Below, piece after piece: positions 20,071-30,389 of a stretch of DNA of 64,000 bases. The position numbers and the translations under genes were made by a program. The notes beneath the pieces are model-generated. The model was not told where the DNA came from. It saw only the letters and a program-made list of their open reading frames with translations, and did not search any database. This DNA is from a candidate division WOR-3 bacterium (GTDB taxonomy: Bacteria > Hydrothermota > Tepidihabitantia > B3-TA06), in contig CBFGKC010000015.1 of the NCBI GenBank assembly GCA_965649265.1, positions 1 through 64,000 of the forward strand. Direction: 5' to 3'. The first letter of the stretch is position 1. Each line of letters starts with the position of its first letter.

Positions 20071-20829
20071 TCAGAAGGCGATGTCGAACGTCAAGAGCGC
20101 CCTCGAGTCGTACTCTCTTTGCGCAAGCAGGGGGAGGGAGTATGCGACGCCCACGTTCGTGTGGCTAGTAAGCCTGAATTTGAGGCCGGCGAGAAGGTTG
20201 GCCACGAGCGAGGCTTCGTCGTACTCAGCCTCCGCTTCGACGAGAGGGAAGAACCACTCGGTAGCCTTGAACACGAGGGAGCCCTCGAACTCGGCCGACG
20301 CGTTGAAAGGATCGTAATTCCCGTTCGCGTCGAATACCACGACACCAGGCCAGGTGAGCCTGCCCGAGAGTCCAGCCCTGCCCTGGACCCCGGAAGCGCC
20401 CGGTCCGGTCGGGAGGTTCGCCTCCGCGTATACGGAGAGGCCGTTTTCGTTGTCGGGCGTGAGAAGGGGCGCGAACTGGAGCATCACCTCGGAGTAAGGC
20501 TCGTGAAGGATGCCGTCCGAGCGGACGTGAAGCCCGAGCCTCCTTACGATGCCGGCCTCCACATGCAAGGCAAAGTCGCCTGAGGCAGTATCCCCGTAAA
20601 GCGAGCGGTACCCGGTTGCCCGCACGCTTATCATCCCGGGTTCATCGGGCACCCCCATGTGAGCGAGGAACGGATGGGCAAACTCGTGACCCATGTGGCC
20701 CATACCCATTTTGGCCTCGTGCCCCGGCATATCCATCATACCCATCTTTCCCATGCCGTCCGCGTAGGCCGTGCCGGAGGCCAGAAGCGCCAACGCAGCG
20801 GCAAGGAGTAAACGGTATCGAACTTTCAT
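20071..20829 (-). CDS. Exported Met/His-rich putative beta-barrel protein
   Basis: Signal TAYA|D; MGKMGMMDMPGH...HPFLAHMG; amphipathic strands; C-terminal Phe. Confidence 0.7.
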   Translation of the reverse strand: MKVRYRLLLAAALALLASGTAYADGMGKMGMMDMPGHEAKMGMGHMGHEFAHPFLAHMGVPDEPGMISVRATGYRSLYGDTASGDFALHVEAGIVRRLGLHVRSDGILHEPYSEVMLQFAPLLTPDNENGLSVYAEANLPTGPGASGVQGRAGLSGRLTWPGVVVFDANGNYDPFNASAEFEGSLVFKATEWFFPLVEAEAEYDEASLVANLLAGLKFRLTSHTNVGVAYSLPLLAQREYDSRALLTFDIAF

Positions 20830-20840
20830 GATTTCCTCCT

Positions 20841-21542
20841 TCAAGAGAGATCTTTCTTTTTCTCTTCGTACTCTTTTTTGGTTATCTCTCCCCTGGCGTA
20901 GCGAGTTCGGAGAATGTCCATATGTGAAACCCCGTGCAAATGCTTCGGGTAGCGCCGGAAAAGCGATGTAGTCAGCAAGATTGTTACGACTATCGTGGAT
21001 CCGATGATGATTATGAGAACTACAATCCAAATCCACCATACTCCTGTCCTGTAGGCTCCGTAGCCGTGGCCTCTGTACCCCGGGTCCGGCACCCGGTATC
21101 TTGTACCGGGCCCACTGGGATCGGGATCGGTTCCATACCCCATCATCATTCCCGGGCCCATGCCGGGACCCATCATGCCGCCCATCCCCATTCCGCCGCG
21201 GCCTCCTGAAAGGTAACGGTAGCCCATCATGCGGTGCATGGACGCAAGGCTTGCCGAACCTTCGCCGCCCATCATGTCGTCCATGAGTTCATGTTCACGT
21301 GGGTCGGGAAACTGAACGTCCATCCAGGCGTCGCCGAGTTGTTCGAGCAGCGAATCACTGACCTTGTTGGGGTCTATCCTGTCCGAGGAGCCAATGCCTT
21401 GCTCGCTGCGAATCTCTGAAAGCATCATGTCGACGGATTTGCCCTCCATCCCGTCTTTGACCTGGGTCGTATCGGCGGCGTATGCCGCAGCGCTCAAGAG
21501 AAGAAGGGCGATAAACCCCGCAATGCGCAGATGTCTTTTCAT
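20841..21542 (-). CDS. Signal peptide + Met-rich region + TM + SHOCT domain protein
   Basis: HELMDDMMGGEGS..MH, Gly/Met-rich linker, TM helix, DILRTRYARGEITKKEYEEKK. Confidence 0.85.
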   Translation of the reverse strand: MKRHLRIAGFIALLLLSAAAYAADTTQVKDGMEGKSVDMMLSEIRSEQGIGSSDRIDPNKVSDSLLEQLGDAWMDVQFPDPREHELMDDMMGGEGSASLASMHRMMGYRYLSGGRGGMGMGGMMGPGMGPGMMMGYGTDPDPSGPGTRYRVPDPGYRGHGYGAYRTGVWWIWIVVLIIIIGSTIVVTILLTTSLFRRYPKHLHGVSHMDILRTRYARGEITKKEYEEKKKDLS

Positions 21543-21589
21543 GGCTGCCTCCTTCGTGGTTTTTGAGCGAGGTTAAAGAGGGGCCTCTC

Positions 21590-21859
21590 CTAGGAGAGGT
21601 CCTTCTTCATATCTTCGTACTGCTCTTTGGTTATCTCGCCCTTGGCGTAGCGATGTTTAAGAATCTCAAGGGGGTCTTCGTAGTACCCGTGATGTCCATA
21701 ATGTCCGTGATGCATGTGCTTGTACCAATGTCTGGGGCCGCGTACGAGTCTCACTATCAGGAAAACGATCAGTGTCAAAAAGAGTACGAAAAATAAGCCG
21801 CCGAATATCCAGCCGAAGCCCATCATTCCCCAACCCATTCCGTGCATGCCATACCACAT
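21590..21859 (-). CDS. SHOCT domain membrane protein (Met/His-rich)
   Basis: MHGMGWGMMG, TM, HMHHGHYGHH, EILKHRYAKGEITKEQYE. Confidence 0.9.
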   Translation of the reverse strand: MWYGMHGMGWGMMGFGWIFGGLFFVLFLTLIVFLIVRLVRGPRHWYKHMHHGHYGHHGYYEDPLEILKHRYAKGEITKEQYEDMKKDLS

Positions 21860-21888
21860 TGTATGCTCCTTTCTTGGTCTTAATCCAA

Positions 21889-22134
21889 TTACCTTGGTCC
21901 GGTGTGGGCGTGATTCTCCTTCCCCTTGTCGCCGTCCTGGCCTTGCCCCTTCTCATCCATGTTGCCGTGGGTGAGTGTCTTCCACGAGCGTTCCCTGTCC
22001 TTAGCGTTACTCGTTCTCGAAATCATCACCACCGCAAGCAGTATTATCACGATTATCACCGCCGCACTCGCGATGACGAGCATCAAATCACCAATCCCCA
22101 ACTTTTCAGCCGCGTCTTCAAGCATTCGAAACAT
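21889..22134 (-). CDS. Small single-TM hypothetical protein
   Basis: GGAGG RBS, one long hydrophobic helix, first gene of the SHOCT cluster. Confidence 0.5.
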   Translation of the reverse strand: MFRMLEDAAEKLGIGDLMLVIASAAVIIVIILLAVVMISRTSNAKDRERSWKTLTHGNMDEKGQGQDGDKGKENHAHTGPR

Positions 22135-22347
22135 GCAAGCCTCCTTTGACCTGCCCCGGCCTCACCACTAATAAAAGTAAGACACGCACTCACTCTAAAT
22201 GGTTTAATTTTTCGCTTCCGCGCTCCTTTTTCTCTCGCAAAATAACTCTTTCGACAATCCCCATTGTTCCCACTTACAGCCGCGAACACACCGACGGTTC
22301 CTTTATCCGCGTGGTCGCGAGGAAAATCCCCTGGATTTTCCTGGGGT

Positions 22348-23523
22348 TTATTTTAACCCCTTGTGCTTTTCGGCAATCTTCGAGGCAAGCTCGTCGAGCG
22401 CCTTGTAGTCCGCCTCGCCTGCGAGCCCTTTCGCGAGCACGGTGCCCAGAACCTCCACCTTGAGATTTGGTATCATCCCGGAAAGTATCTCAACCGTCTT
22501 TCCTCCCCAGCCGTATGAGCCTATAATCGCCAGGTACTTAGTCTTCGGCCTCAGGGCGTTGGCAAGGAACGTCGCGTACGCGGCCGCCGGATGAGGACCC
22601 GCCAGAACGGTGGGCGTCGCAACCACTACCGTAGCCGCATCCACTAGCGACATGGCAATCTTGCCTATGTCGGACGCGGGCACGTCGAACTGCTGTACCC
22701 CTACCCCTCTCTCCACCAGCGCGGCAACCAGGTGTGAAACCATCTCGCGCGTGCTCTCGTGCATGGAAACGTAGGGTATCACGACCATGTTCTTCGGCGT
22801 ATCCGATACCCAATCCTTGTATGCCGAAATGATGAACTCCGGGTTCTTGTGAACGGCGCCGTGGCTGGGGCAGATCATCTTTATCTCATAAGGTGAGAGC
22901 TTCTCGAGGTTCTTTTGTATAATCTGCCTGAACGGCATCATTATCTCGGCAAAGTAACGCTTTGCCGCCTCGTACAGCCTGCCTTCGTCCGTCACGTAGA
23001 GCTCCGAACTCGCAATATGGGAACCGAAGAAGTCGCACGAGAAGAGGATCTTTTCCTCCACCAGATAGGTAACCATCGTCTCCGGCCAGTGCACCCAGGG
23101 GGTGTAAATGAACTTGAGGGTCCTGTCCCCGAGTGATAAATCTTCGCCGTCCTCCACTGTCTTGAACCGCTCCTCTGATATCCTCAAAAGGTCCATTAGC
23201 ATGGGCTTGGCCTTGGTCGAGCAAATGAGTTTCGCGTCCGGGTACTTTGCGAGAACGACGGGCAGGGAGCCCGAATGGTCCTGCTCGGCATGGTGCGATA
23301 TGACGTAGTCGAGCCTGGGAACATCCTTGAGCTGCTCGATAATCTCATGCGAAAAAGGAGGATCGGTCGTATCTATCAAAACTACCTTCTGTGAACCCTT
23401 CACGAGATAGGCGTTGTAGCTGGTACCGTCGGGAAGGGGTATGAGCGCGTCGAAGAGCCTTCTGTCCCAGTCAACGGTTCCGAGCCACGATACTCTGTCC
23501 GAAATCTTCCTTGGATTCAACAT
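22348..23523 (-). CDS. fprA: Flavodiiron protein (FprA/A-type flavoprotein)
   Basis: GTSYNAYL, HHAEQDHSG, HWPETM, SCDFFG, PSHG and a C-terminal flavodoxin domain (GSYGWGG). Confidence 0.93.
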   Translation of the reverse strand: MLNPRKISDRVSWLGTVDWDRRLFDALIPLPDGTSYNAYLVKGSQKVVLIDTTDPPFSHEIIEQLKDVPRLDYVISHHAEQDHSGSLPVVLAKYPDAKLICSTKAKPMLMDLLRISEERFKTVEDGEDLSLGDRTLKFIYTPWVHWPETMVTYLVEEKILFSCDFFGSHIASSELYVTDEGRLYEAAKRYFAEIMMPFRQIIQKNLEKLSPYEIKMICPSHGAVHKNPEFIISAYKDWVSDTPKNMVVIPYVSMHESTREMVSHLVAALVERGVGVQQFDVPASDIGKIAMSLVDAATVVVATPTVLAGPHPAAAYATFLANALRPKTKYLAIIGSYGWGGKTVEILSGMIPNLKVEVLGTVLAKGLAGEADYKALDELASKIAEKHKGLK

Positions 23524-24082
23524 GTTTCCTCCTTCGTTGTTCTGGATTTTCCTATAATTTCGCTATGCTTTTATTATAGGGAGAGAATTCAAGCTGTCAA
23601 GTTCTATGCAGCTTTTTATCAATAGAAAAGAGGGAAATCCCCCCGGGTCCCCGCAACATGAAATGACAACAAATGAGAAGGCATGAGGAGCGTTGAGGAG
23701 TTCCGGAGGGCGAAAGGGCGTGGCTCCAAAGGGCGACGCTTGCGGAGCAATCTAATGGTACGAATTCAAAATCGGAAAGTGGGTGTCGTGAGTTTTATTC
23801 CTGCGACGGGAGATCGCGACAGTCGGTCCAGACGACTTATCATCGGCCTGACCATAAAAAAGCGGCTGTTCTCTTCAATGTTGAGGAGCTTTATGCCGCT
23901 GGAAGTTTCCTCGTAGTGACATCTAAGGGGTGTTTTCTGTCGAGGCGGCACACAAAGAATTACTCGTGATTCTCTGTGGTGCAAGCGTAGGGCAAAGCAG
24001 CTGTTCGGTTGACTACGAGCGAATCTCGTGGTATTATTAACCTCATGTATTATCTTAGCATAAAGTTGGAGCAAAAAATCAA

Positions 24083-25375
24083 ATGAACGGCGTGGTCGCC
24101 CTGGTCGGCAGACCCAACGTGGGCAAGTCTACGCTTTTCAACCGCCTCGTGGGCCGCAGGGAGTCAATAACCCTCAAGGAGCCCGGTATTACGCGCGACC
24201 GTCTTTACGGGCAGGTTTCGTGGCTGGCGAAGAACTTCACCCTCATCGACACGGGCGGCTTCATCCCCTTCCCCGAGCGCTCCCTCGAGGAGCAGATGAA
24301 GCACCAGGTGGAACTTGCCATAAACGAGGCGGAGCTCGTTCTCCTCGTGGTTGACGGCAAAGAGGGGCTTCATCCCGAGGATTCCTCGCTCGCTGACAAG
24401 CTTCGCAAGGAGCAGAAGCCCTACATGGTGATTGTTAACAAGTCCGACGTCAGGACCGCTGAGTGGGAGCATCACACGTTCCATATCCTCGGTGGGCTTG
24501 CGTTACACCTCGTATCGGCCGAGCACGGCGTCGGGTTCGGCGAACTTCTTGAAGAGATATGCTCGAACCTCACTCTCGATTCCGGCGACGAGCCGAAGGC
24601 TGAAATAAAACTCCTGATAGCCGGCAGGCCCAACGTGGGCAAGTCCACGCTTTTCAACTCGCTCGTAGGCGAGGAGCGCGCGGTCGTCGACTCCGTTCCC
24701 GGCACGACGCGCGATCCGGTGGACACGCTCATCGAGGTCGAGGGACGCATCTGGCGAATCGTGGACACGGCAGGCCTGCGCAGGCGAACCTCCATCTCCG
24801 AGGACGTCGAGTTCTACGCATCCACGAGGCTCCGCAGGGCAATCGATCACGCCGATATCATCCTTCTTCTCATCGATCTTGCGGAGGGCGTCACCAAGCA
24901 GGACAAGCGGCTCGCTGCAGAGGTAGTCGAAAAGCGAAAGGAACTGATATTCGTCCTGAACAAGGTCGATCTCTTCGACCAGCAGGCGCTGCGCTCGAGG
25001 CTTGAGGGAGTGGCTTTCGAACTCAAGGGCATGGAACACTTCTTCCGCGTTCTCGTATCGGGTCTTCGCGGCAAGGGCCTCGATGAACTCGTGGGCGCCG
25101 TGACCGAACTCTCCGAACGCCGTAAGCAGCGGATTTCCAAGGAACTGCTCGGCGATTTTGTCCAGCAGGCGACCCGCGACCGCTCGCCCGGCAGGGGTGT
25201 AAAGGTCTACAAGCTCATTCAAAAGGAGGGGGTTCCCCCCCTGTTCATACTCGAGGTCAACAAGCCCGATGAGGTAGAGTCGAACTATCTCCGATTCATG
25301 ACCAACAGGTTCCGCGAGGAGTTCGGGTTCGAGGGCACCAACCTTCTCATCAAACCCGCGGCCCGGAGGAGCTAG
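24083..25375 (+). CDS. der: Ribosome biogenesis GTPase Der
   Basis: Two GRPNVGKS P-loops, G(I/T)TRD, DTGG/DTAG, NKxD. Confidence 0.97.
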   Translation: MNGVVALVGRPNVGKSTLFNRLVGRRESITLKEPGITRDRLYGQVSWLAKNFTLIDTGGFIPFPERSLEEQMKHQVELAINEAELVLLVVDGKEGLHPEDSSLADKLRKEQKPYMVIVNKSDVRTAEWEHHTFHILGGLALHLVSAEHGVGFGELLEEICSNLTLDSGDEPKAEIKLLIAGRPNVGKSTLFNSLVGEERAVVDSVPGTTRDPVDTLIEVEGRIWRIVDTAGLRRRTSISEDVEFYASTRLRRAIDHADIILLLIDLAEGVTKQDKRLAAEVVEKRKELIFVLNKVDLFDQQALRSRLEGVAFELKGMEHFFRVLVSGLRGKGLDELVGAVTELSERRKQRISKELLGDFVQQATRDRSPGRGVKVYKLIQKEGVPPLFILEVNKPDEVESNYLRFMTNRFREEFGFEGTNLLIKPAARRS

Positions 25376-25992
25376 TGATCAACCCTTTCTGGGATACGGT
25401 CATACTTACCGCTCTGGGGTTCATCTCGGGTTCGATCCCTTTCGGTTATCTCATAGCGAAGGCTAAGGGTGTCGAAATACGCAAGGTGGGCTCGGGCAAC
25501 ATCGGCGCGACCAACTCCATGCGAGCGCTCGGAACCGGTTGGGGAATAGCCGTAGGCCTCCTTGACGCGCTGAAGGGATTCACGCCCGCATACCTCGCGG
25601 TTCTTTTGAGCCCATATCCGGGCATCGTCGGCGCGGCCGCTGTCCTCGGGCACATCTTCTCTCCCTGGCTCGGATTTCGGGGCGGCAAGGGCGTATCCAC
25701 CGCGCTTGGTGTGTTTCTTGCGCTCTCGCCCTTCGCGACGCTTTCGGTGATGGTGCTGTGGCTGGTGATGTTGCTCATAACAGGTTACGTGTCGGTCGCC
25801 TCAATCGCGTCGCTCGCGGCACTGCCTCTGTCGATCTTCCTCTGGGGGCGTTTTAATCCCGAGATATCCCTTATCTCCGCCGCGGCCGTATGCGCGCTCG
25901 TCGTCGTGTGGGCGCACCGGGGAAACATTTTAAGACTGGCCTGGGGCAAGGAGGCCCGCGCAGGCCTGTGGAAAAGGATGTGGAAAAAATGA
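25375..25992 (+). CDS. plsY: Glycerol-3-phosphate acyltransferase
   Basis: GSIPFG, GSGNIGATN, GH...FRGGKGV, HRGNI. Confidence 0.96.
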   Translation: MINPFWDTVILTALGFISGSIPFGYLIAKAKGVEIRKVGSGNIGATNSMRALGTGWGIAVGLLDALKGFTPAYLAVLLSPYPGIVGAAAVLGHIFSPWLGFRGGKGVSTALGVFLALSPFATLSVMVLWLVMLLITGYVSVASIASLAALPLSIFLWGRFNPEISLISAAAVCALVVVWAHRGNILRLAWGKEARAGLWKRMWKK

Positions 25993-26981
25993 GGATAAGT
26001 TTTCTAGGCGCAGGGGCGTGGGGAACAACCATGGGGATGATGCTTTTCGAGGCCGGTCACGAGGTGCGGCTCTGGGAGATAAACAAGGAACGTGTTCAGA
26101 AACTCGGCTACACGCACCGTCTGCCCGGCGTGCTTCCCGGTATAAGGATCCCCGAGAAGCTTTACTACACCTACGACATCGAAAGCGCCGTGGAGGGCGC
26201 AGAGCTTCTGGCGCTCGCGGTTCCATGTCAGGCGCTGCGCTCGACCCTCAAGCTCCTTCCCAGGTCGTACAAGCCCCCGCGCTATGTCGTCAGCCTCATT
26301 AAGGGGCTCGAGGTCAAGGACGGGGCAAGACCCAGCGAGATATGGCTCGAGCGCTTCCCGGGGATGAGTCCGACCGTCCTCTCCGGTCCCTCGATCGCGC
26401 TCGAAGTTTTGCAGGGGCAGCCGACCGCGATGGTCGCTGCAGGGAAGAACGCAAAGTCGGTCGAGGCCGTTCAGAATCTTTTCTCCTTCGAAAACATTCG
26501 CATATACCGTTCGCCCGATCCCGTGGGCGTCGAACTGGGAGGTGCACTAAAGAACGTTATAGCCATAGGCTCGGGCATCGCGGAGGGTCTTGGTTCGGGG
26601 ACCAACACCCGCGCGGCGCTTCTGGCGCGCGGCCTCGCGGAAGTCACGAGGCTCGGCGAGAAAATGGGAGCGAACGCGCGCACGTTTGCCGGTCTTGCGG
26701 GCTGGGGAGACCTCGTGACCACCGTCTGGAGTCCGTTCTCGCGCAACCACCGCGTCGGTTTGGCGCTCGCTCAGGGCAAGGCGCTCGAGGCTATTCTCGA
26801 AGAACTCGGAATGGTCGCGGAGGGCGTCGAGACCTGCCGCATAGCATCAAAGCTCGGCAAGAAGTACAAGATAGAAATGCCGATCACGGAGGCGGTGTAC
26901 AAGGTCCTGTTCAAAGGAGCCGATCCCAAGAGCCAGCTCAAGGTTCTTCTCTCGAGGCCTCTCAAGGACGAGGTCTGGTGA
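25989..26981 (+). CDS. gpsA: NAD(P)H-dependent glycerol-3-phosphate dehydrogenase
   Basis: GAGAWGT, SGPS, GGALKNVIAI, GDL..T..S..SRN, VAEGV; ATGA overlap with plsY. Confidence 0.96.
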   Translation: MRISFLGAGAWGTTMGMMLFEAGHEVRLWEINKERVQKLGYTHRLPGVLPGIRIPEKLYYTYDIESAVEGAELLALAVPCQALRSTLKLLPRSYKPPRYVVSLIKGLEVKDGARPSEIWLERFPGMSPTVLSGPSIALEVLQGQPTAMVAAGKNAKSVEAVQNLFSFENIRIYRSPDPVGVELGGALKNVIAIGSGIAEGLGSGTNTRAALLARGLAEVTRLGEKMGANARTFAGLAGWGDLVTTVWSPFSRNHRVGLALAQGKALEAILEELGMVAEGVETCRIASKLGKKYKIEMPITEAVYKVLFKGADPKSQLKVLLSRPLKDEVW

Positions 26982-27343
26982 TGGTCGAGGAAAAGTTTTA
27001 CACTATAACGCAGGCCTCAAGACTCACCGGAGTCAAACCGCACGTCCTGCGATACTGGGAGAAGGAGTTCAGCTGGCTTTCGCCGAAGAAGAACTCCGCC
27101 GGCCGCCGCGTCTACTCCGATCACGACATCGAACTCGCGAGGCTCATCCTGCGGCTCGTGCACGAGGACGGCTACTCCATCCAGGGCGCTCGCAAGCGCA
27201 TCAAGGCACTTTACTCGCGTTCCGAACAAATGGCACTGCCCCTTTCCGGGGCCAACGCGGATGCGCTCGATGAGATCAAGAATGAGATAAGGGAGGTGCT
27301 CAGAATCCTCGAAAGACCCGGAGGCGTCGAGGAGGGGCGTTGA
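26981..27343 (+). CDS. MerR-family HTH regulator
   Basis: YTITQAS...KPHVLRYWEKEF...GRRVY...GYSIQGA. Confidence 0.9.
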   Translation: MVEEKFYTITQASRLTGVKPHVLRYWEKEFSWLSPKKNSAGRRVYSDHDIELARLILRLVHEDGYSIQGARKRIKALYSRSEQMALPLSGANADALDEIKNEIREVLRILERPGGVEEGR

Positions 27344-27376
27344 GAATTTACCCCTTTAAAACCCCCGGAGGGTTCG

Positions 27377-27892
27377 TTGACCCCTGTGCTTCCTGAGGTC
27401 CAGCCCTGGATTATCGACGGCGTCGCCCTTCTGGTAATACTCCTTTCGGCATTCTCCGGCCTGGCAAAGGGGGCCATAAAAGTACTCGGGACCATCGCCG
27501 GATTCGCAGGCGCGATCCTTGCGGCATGGCATTTCGCCCCGCTGCTCGCGCAAGCGCTCGCGCCAAAGATAACTTCCGGTTTCTTCGCGACCGCGCTCGC
27601 CTTCCTTATCATCTTCCTTGCCGCCATGCTGGTCGTCGCCCTCCTCGTGTTCCTTCTCACAAAGCTTTTCGACGCCATACTCCTTGGCTGGCTCAACAAG
27701 CTTCTCGGCTTCATCGCGGGACTCATCATCGGCGTCTTCGTCGTCATCTTCATCATCTGGGTTCTTCTGGAAATCTGGCCCGGCCTTATGGGGCCCTTCC
27801 TCGCCACGAGGCTTGTCAGGGTGCTCGTCTTCGCGCTCTATCTCATCTCCACCGGCAAGACGCCTATCCCCGTGCCCATCCAACCGGCCTGA
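27377..27892 (+). CDS. cvpA: CvpA (colicin V production) family membrane protein
   Basis: IID...GLAKG and LGWLNKLLGFIAG; 4-5 TMs. Confidence 0.85.
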   Translation: MTPVLPEVQPWIIDGVALLVILLSAFSGLAKGAIKVLGTIAGFAGAILAAWHFAPLLAQALAPKITSGFFATALAFLIIFLAAMLVVALLVFLLTKLFDAILLGWLNKLLGFIAGLIIGVFVVIFIIWVLLEIWPGLMGPFLATRLVRVLVFALYLISTGKTPIPVPIQPA

Positions 27893-27947
27893 AGACAACC
27901 GCCAATCGTCAGTCGAAGATCCTTCGAGGCAATGGGGGAGGTGATTC

Positions 27948-28487
27948 CTATTCTTGTCCGGAAGGTTTAAGCCTGAGCGAGATCACGGCACCGGTGACGA
28001 GATTGAGTCGAACAAAGCCGGTTCCATATGCGGATTCGACCGCGCAGCGGGACCTGTTCCTGCCTGGAGCGCCCCTTTGCCACAGGCCCAGTCTCTCAAG
28101 CATCATCTCGCTGGAATACATGTTTTGGCGTTCGTGTGCGGGCACCCTTTTTCCCAACGGCATGTCAACGAATACGAGACCGGCCTCGAGTCTCGTGAAT
28201 CCAAAAGAGAAGTGTGAAAACAGGACAACCGAATCGGCCCGCATCCTCACCGAGTCGCAGTGCCTGCCAGCCCGACCCTCGACTGCCGAAGCGATGCGCT
28301 CCTCCATAATCCCCCTCACCGTCGCGGTCACACTGTCCTCCTCGAATTCGAGACGGAGCCTTCGCTCGTAATGGGCTGAGTCAACTCCGGGGGGGAGGGG
28401 GATGAACGAGACCTCCTTCTCCGTAATCTGATAGTAAGGGTACTCGTAAGGTACGGTCGAAAATAAAAAGGAAACCATGAACAACAT
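27948..28487 (-). CDS. Hypothetical protein, probably leaderless
   Basis: TTGACA(28520)-N16-TACGAT ends 5 nt before the ATG. Confidence 0.65.
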   Translation of the reverse strand: MLFMVSFLFSTVPYEYPYYQITEKEVSFIPLPPGVDSAHYERRLRLEFEEDSVTATVRGIMEERIASAVEGRAGRHCDSVRMRADSVVLFSHFSFGFTRLEAGLVFVDMPLGKRVPAHERQNMYSSEMMLERLGLWQRGAPGRNRSRCAVESAYGTGFVRLNLVTGAVISLRLKPSGQE

Positions 28488-28783
28488 ATAAAATCGTATA
28501 CGATATAAGTCTCATGTCAAGCGGGGCTTGTCACCGTGTTGTGGAAAAAGGCATATGATGCGGCTTTACTAGTAAATTGCAAGTAAAGTTAAATGGAGGT
28601 TTAAGAGGTAAAAATATCTTGACAAGTCCGGAATTATCAGTACATTTCCTCCTAAATTCTTAGTCAGGGGAGTTGAGGAGGCTTTGAAAGGTTAAGAACA
28701 GAACAATTGAGGGCAAGGAGGTATTCCCCCCTGCACTCAATTACGATCGAGAAACTTAAAATACTCCAACTAGGAGGAGTAAC

Positions 28784-30316
28784 ATGTCAAAAAAGGTTAT
28801 CTGGGCAGCGGTTGCCGTTCTTGCTTTGGCGGCCATAGTCCCGGGTCTCAACGCACAGCCTACAAGTCTTCTGAGTGAGAACTTTGAAGGCTCGTTCCCT
28901 CCATCGGGCTGGGAAACAACGGTCGGTCCCGACAGCCCCAACCAGTGGTACAGAAATGATTACACGAGCGAGTCCAACTACACAGGCGGCTCAGGTTTCT
29001 GCGCCAATAATGACGATGACTACTGGGGCTACCAGTACGTCACTCAAAACTCACTCGAATCCCCCGAGTTCGACTGCACCGGGTACGACGCGATCTGGCT
29101 TGCATACAACGTCTGCTGGGAGGACTACGAAGGCACCGAACACGCTTATGTAGACCTGTATTTCGAAGCGCCCAACTACATGCATTCCTGGATGGAGATA
29201 TGGGAAGTCGAGAACACCGGCTACGACACGGGCCGGCGTGACAGCATTGATCTCACACCTTATCTGATGTATGGTGCGGAAGGCATAAAGATTCGCTTCC
29301 GCTACGACGAGAGTCCACCCGGAAGCGGCTGGGCGTACTGGTACCAGGTAGACAACGTCCGCGTTTGGGGTTCGACCGAAGGCGGCCAGCCCGGCGATGA
29401 TTCGCTTGATCTCGAAATGGCCCAGATAATACATCCCAAGGATATCGAGCCTGCCGGCGAGGGCTTCGAGCCGGCCTGCAAGGTATACAACAATCTGGAC
29501 GACACCGTTCTCGCGGAAGTGCGCTGCAGGATTACCGATCGTTCGAACATGCAGTCGGTATACGACAAGGTGCTCACCGACGTACCGATGGTGCCCGGTT
29601 ACACCCTGGTTGACGCATTCGCTTCCTTCACCCCCGAAGGCGGCAAGAAATACAAGGTTGACTTTATAGTAACCAATCCCGACGACGTTGACGAATCCAA
29701 CGACAGCAAGACGAAGAACTGGGAATCCTCCATAGGCGAAGAAGTGACACCCGTCGAGATGCTCAGTCCCGACACCAATCAGCAGAATTCCTTCAAGCCC
29801 AAGGCCAACTTCGTCGAGATGACCGGCGATTCGATAACCGCCAGTCTTATCTGCACTATCGAGGGCGGAGCCTACAACGCGGTGCTTTACACCGACACCA
29901 TAGCCGATCACTCGTTCGTCGGTTCCGACACCTTCCCGGCGGAGTTCAAAGAGGTCACAGGACTTGCCGACGGTTCTTACAAGATCAGCTTCTGGGCGAT
30001 CAACATGAAAGACATCAACATCAGCAAGCCCACGCTCGCAGTGGACTTCTCTTACACGGGCGTCGCCGAGAAGCCTGAGCCCAAGGAGTTCGCACTCGCG
30101 GTCTCCGGCAACGTGGTGACCTACACCCTTGCAAAGTCGACGAACGTCAGCCTCAAGGTGTACGACGCGGCCGGCAATCTTGTGAGCGTGCTCGCATCCG
30201 GCTCAATGACGTCCGGTTCGCACGAGACCAGCTGGACCTCGGGTCCCGGCGTGTACTTCGTGAAGCTTGTCACACCCGAGTACTCCTCAGTTCGTAAGGC
30301 ACTCATAATAAAGTAA
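28784..30316 (+). CDS. Array protein 1: beta-sandwich (cleaved-adhesin/MAM-like) head + short stalk + short T9SS-like CTD
   Basis: Signal LNA|Q; SENFEGSFPPSGW...LESPEFD...WYQVDNV; CTD VSLKVYDAAGNLV...GVYFVKL. Confidence 0.8.
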   Translation: MSKKVIWAAVAVLALAAIVPGLNAQPTSLLSENFEGSFPPSGWETTVGPDSPNQWYRNDYTSESNYTGGSGFCANNDDDYWGYQYVTQNSLESPEFDCTGYDAIWLAYNVCWEDYEGTEHAYVDLYFEAPNYMHSWMEIWEVENTGYDTGRRDSIDLTPYLMYGAEGIKIRFRYDESPPGSGWAYWYQVDNVRVWGSTEGGQPGDDSLDLEMAQIIHPKDIEPAGEGFEPACKVYNNLDDTVLAEVRCRITDRSNMQSVYDKVLTDVPMVPGYTLVDAFASFTPEGGKKYKVDFIVTNPDDVDESNDSKTKNWESSIGEEVTPVEMLSPDTNQQNSFKPKANFVEMTGDSITASLICTIEGGAYNAVLYTDTIADHSFVGSDTFPAEFKEVTGLADGSYKISFWAINMKDINISKPTLAVDFSYTGVAEKPEPKEFALAVSGNVVTYTLAKSTNVSLKVYDAAGNLVSVLASGSMTSGSHETSWTSGPGVYFVKLVTPEYSSVRKALIIK

Positions 30317-30359
30317 CTTAGTTACGAAATCCAGGCGGAAAAACCTGGACAAGATTTTG

Positions 30360-30389
30360 CAGGCGACCCGGCTCAGACCGGGTCGCCTG
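30360..30389 (+). terminator. Hairpin after array gene 1
   Basis: CAGGCGACCCGG-CTCAGA-CCGGGTCGCCTG. Confidence 0.65.

Noticed and set aside
26342-26980. Long N-terminal extensions in the ORF track (MerR; also methyltransferase, nrdJ, 20071 ORF, porin)
   Set aside because: They overlap upstream genes or promoters; downstream starts have RBSs or coupled stop-start overlaps.
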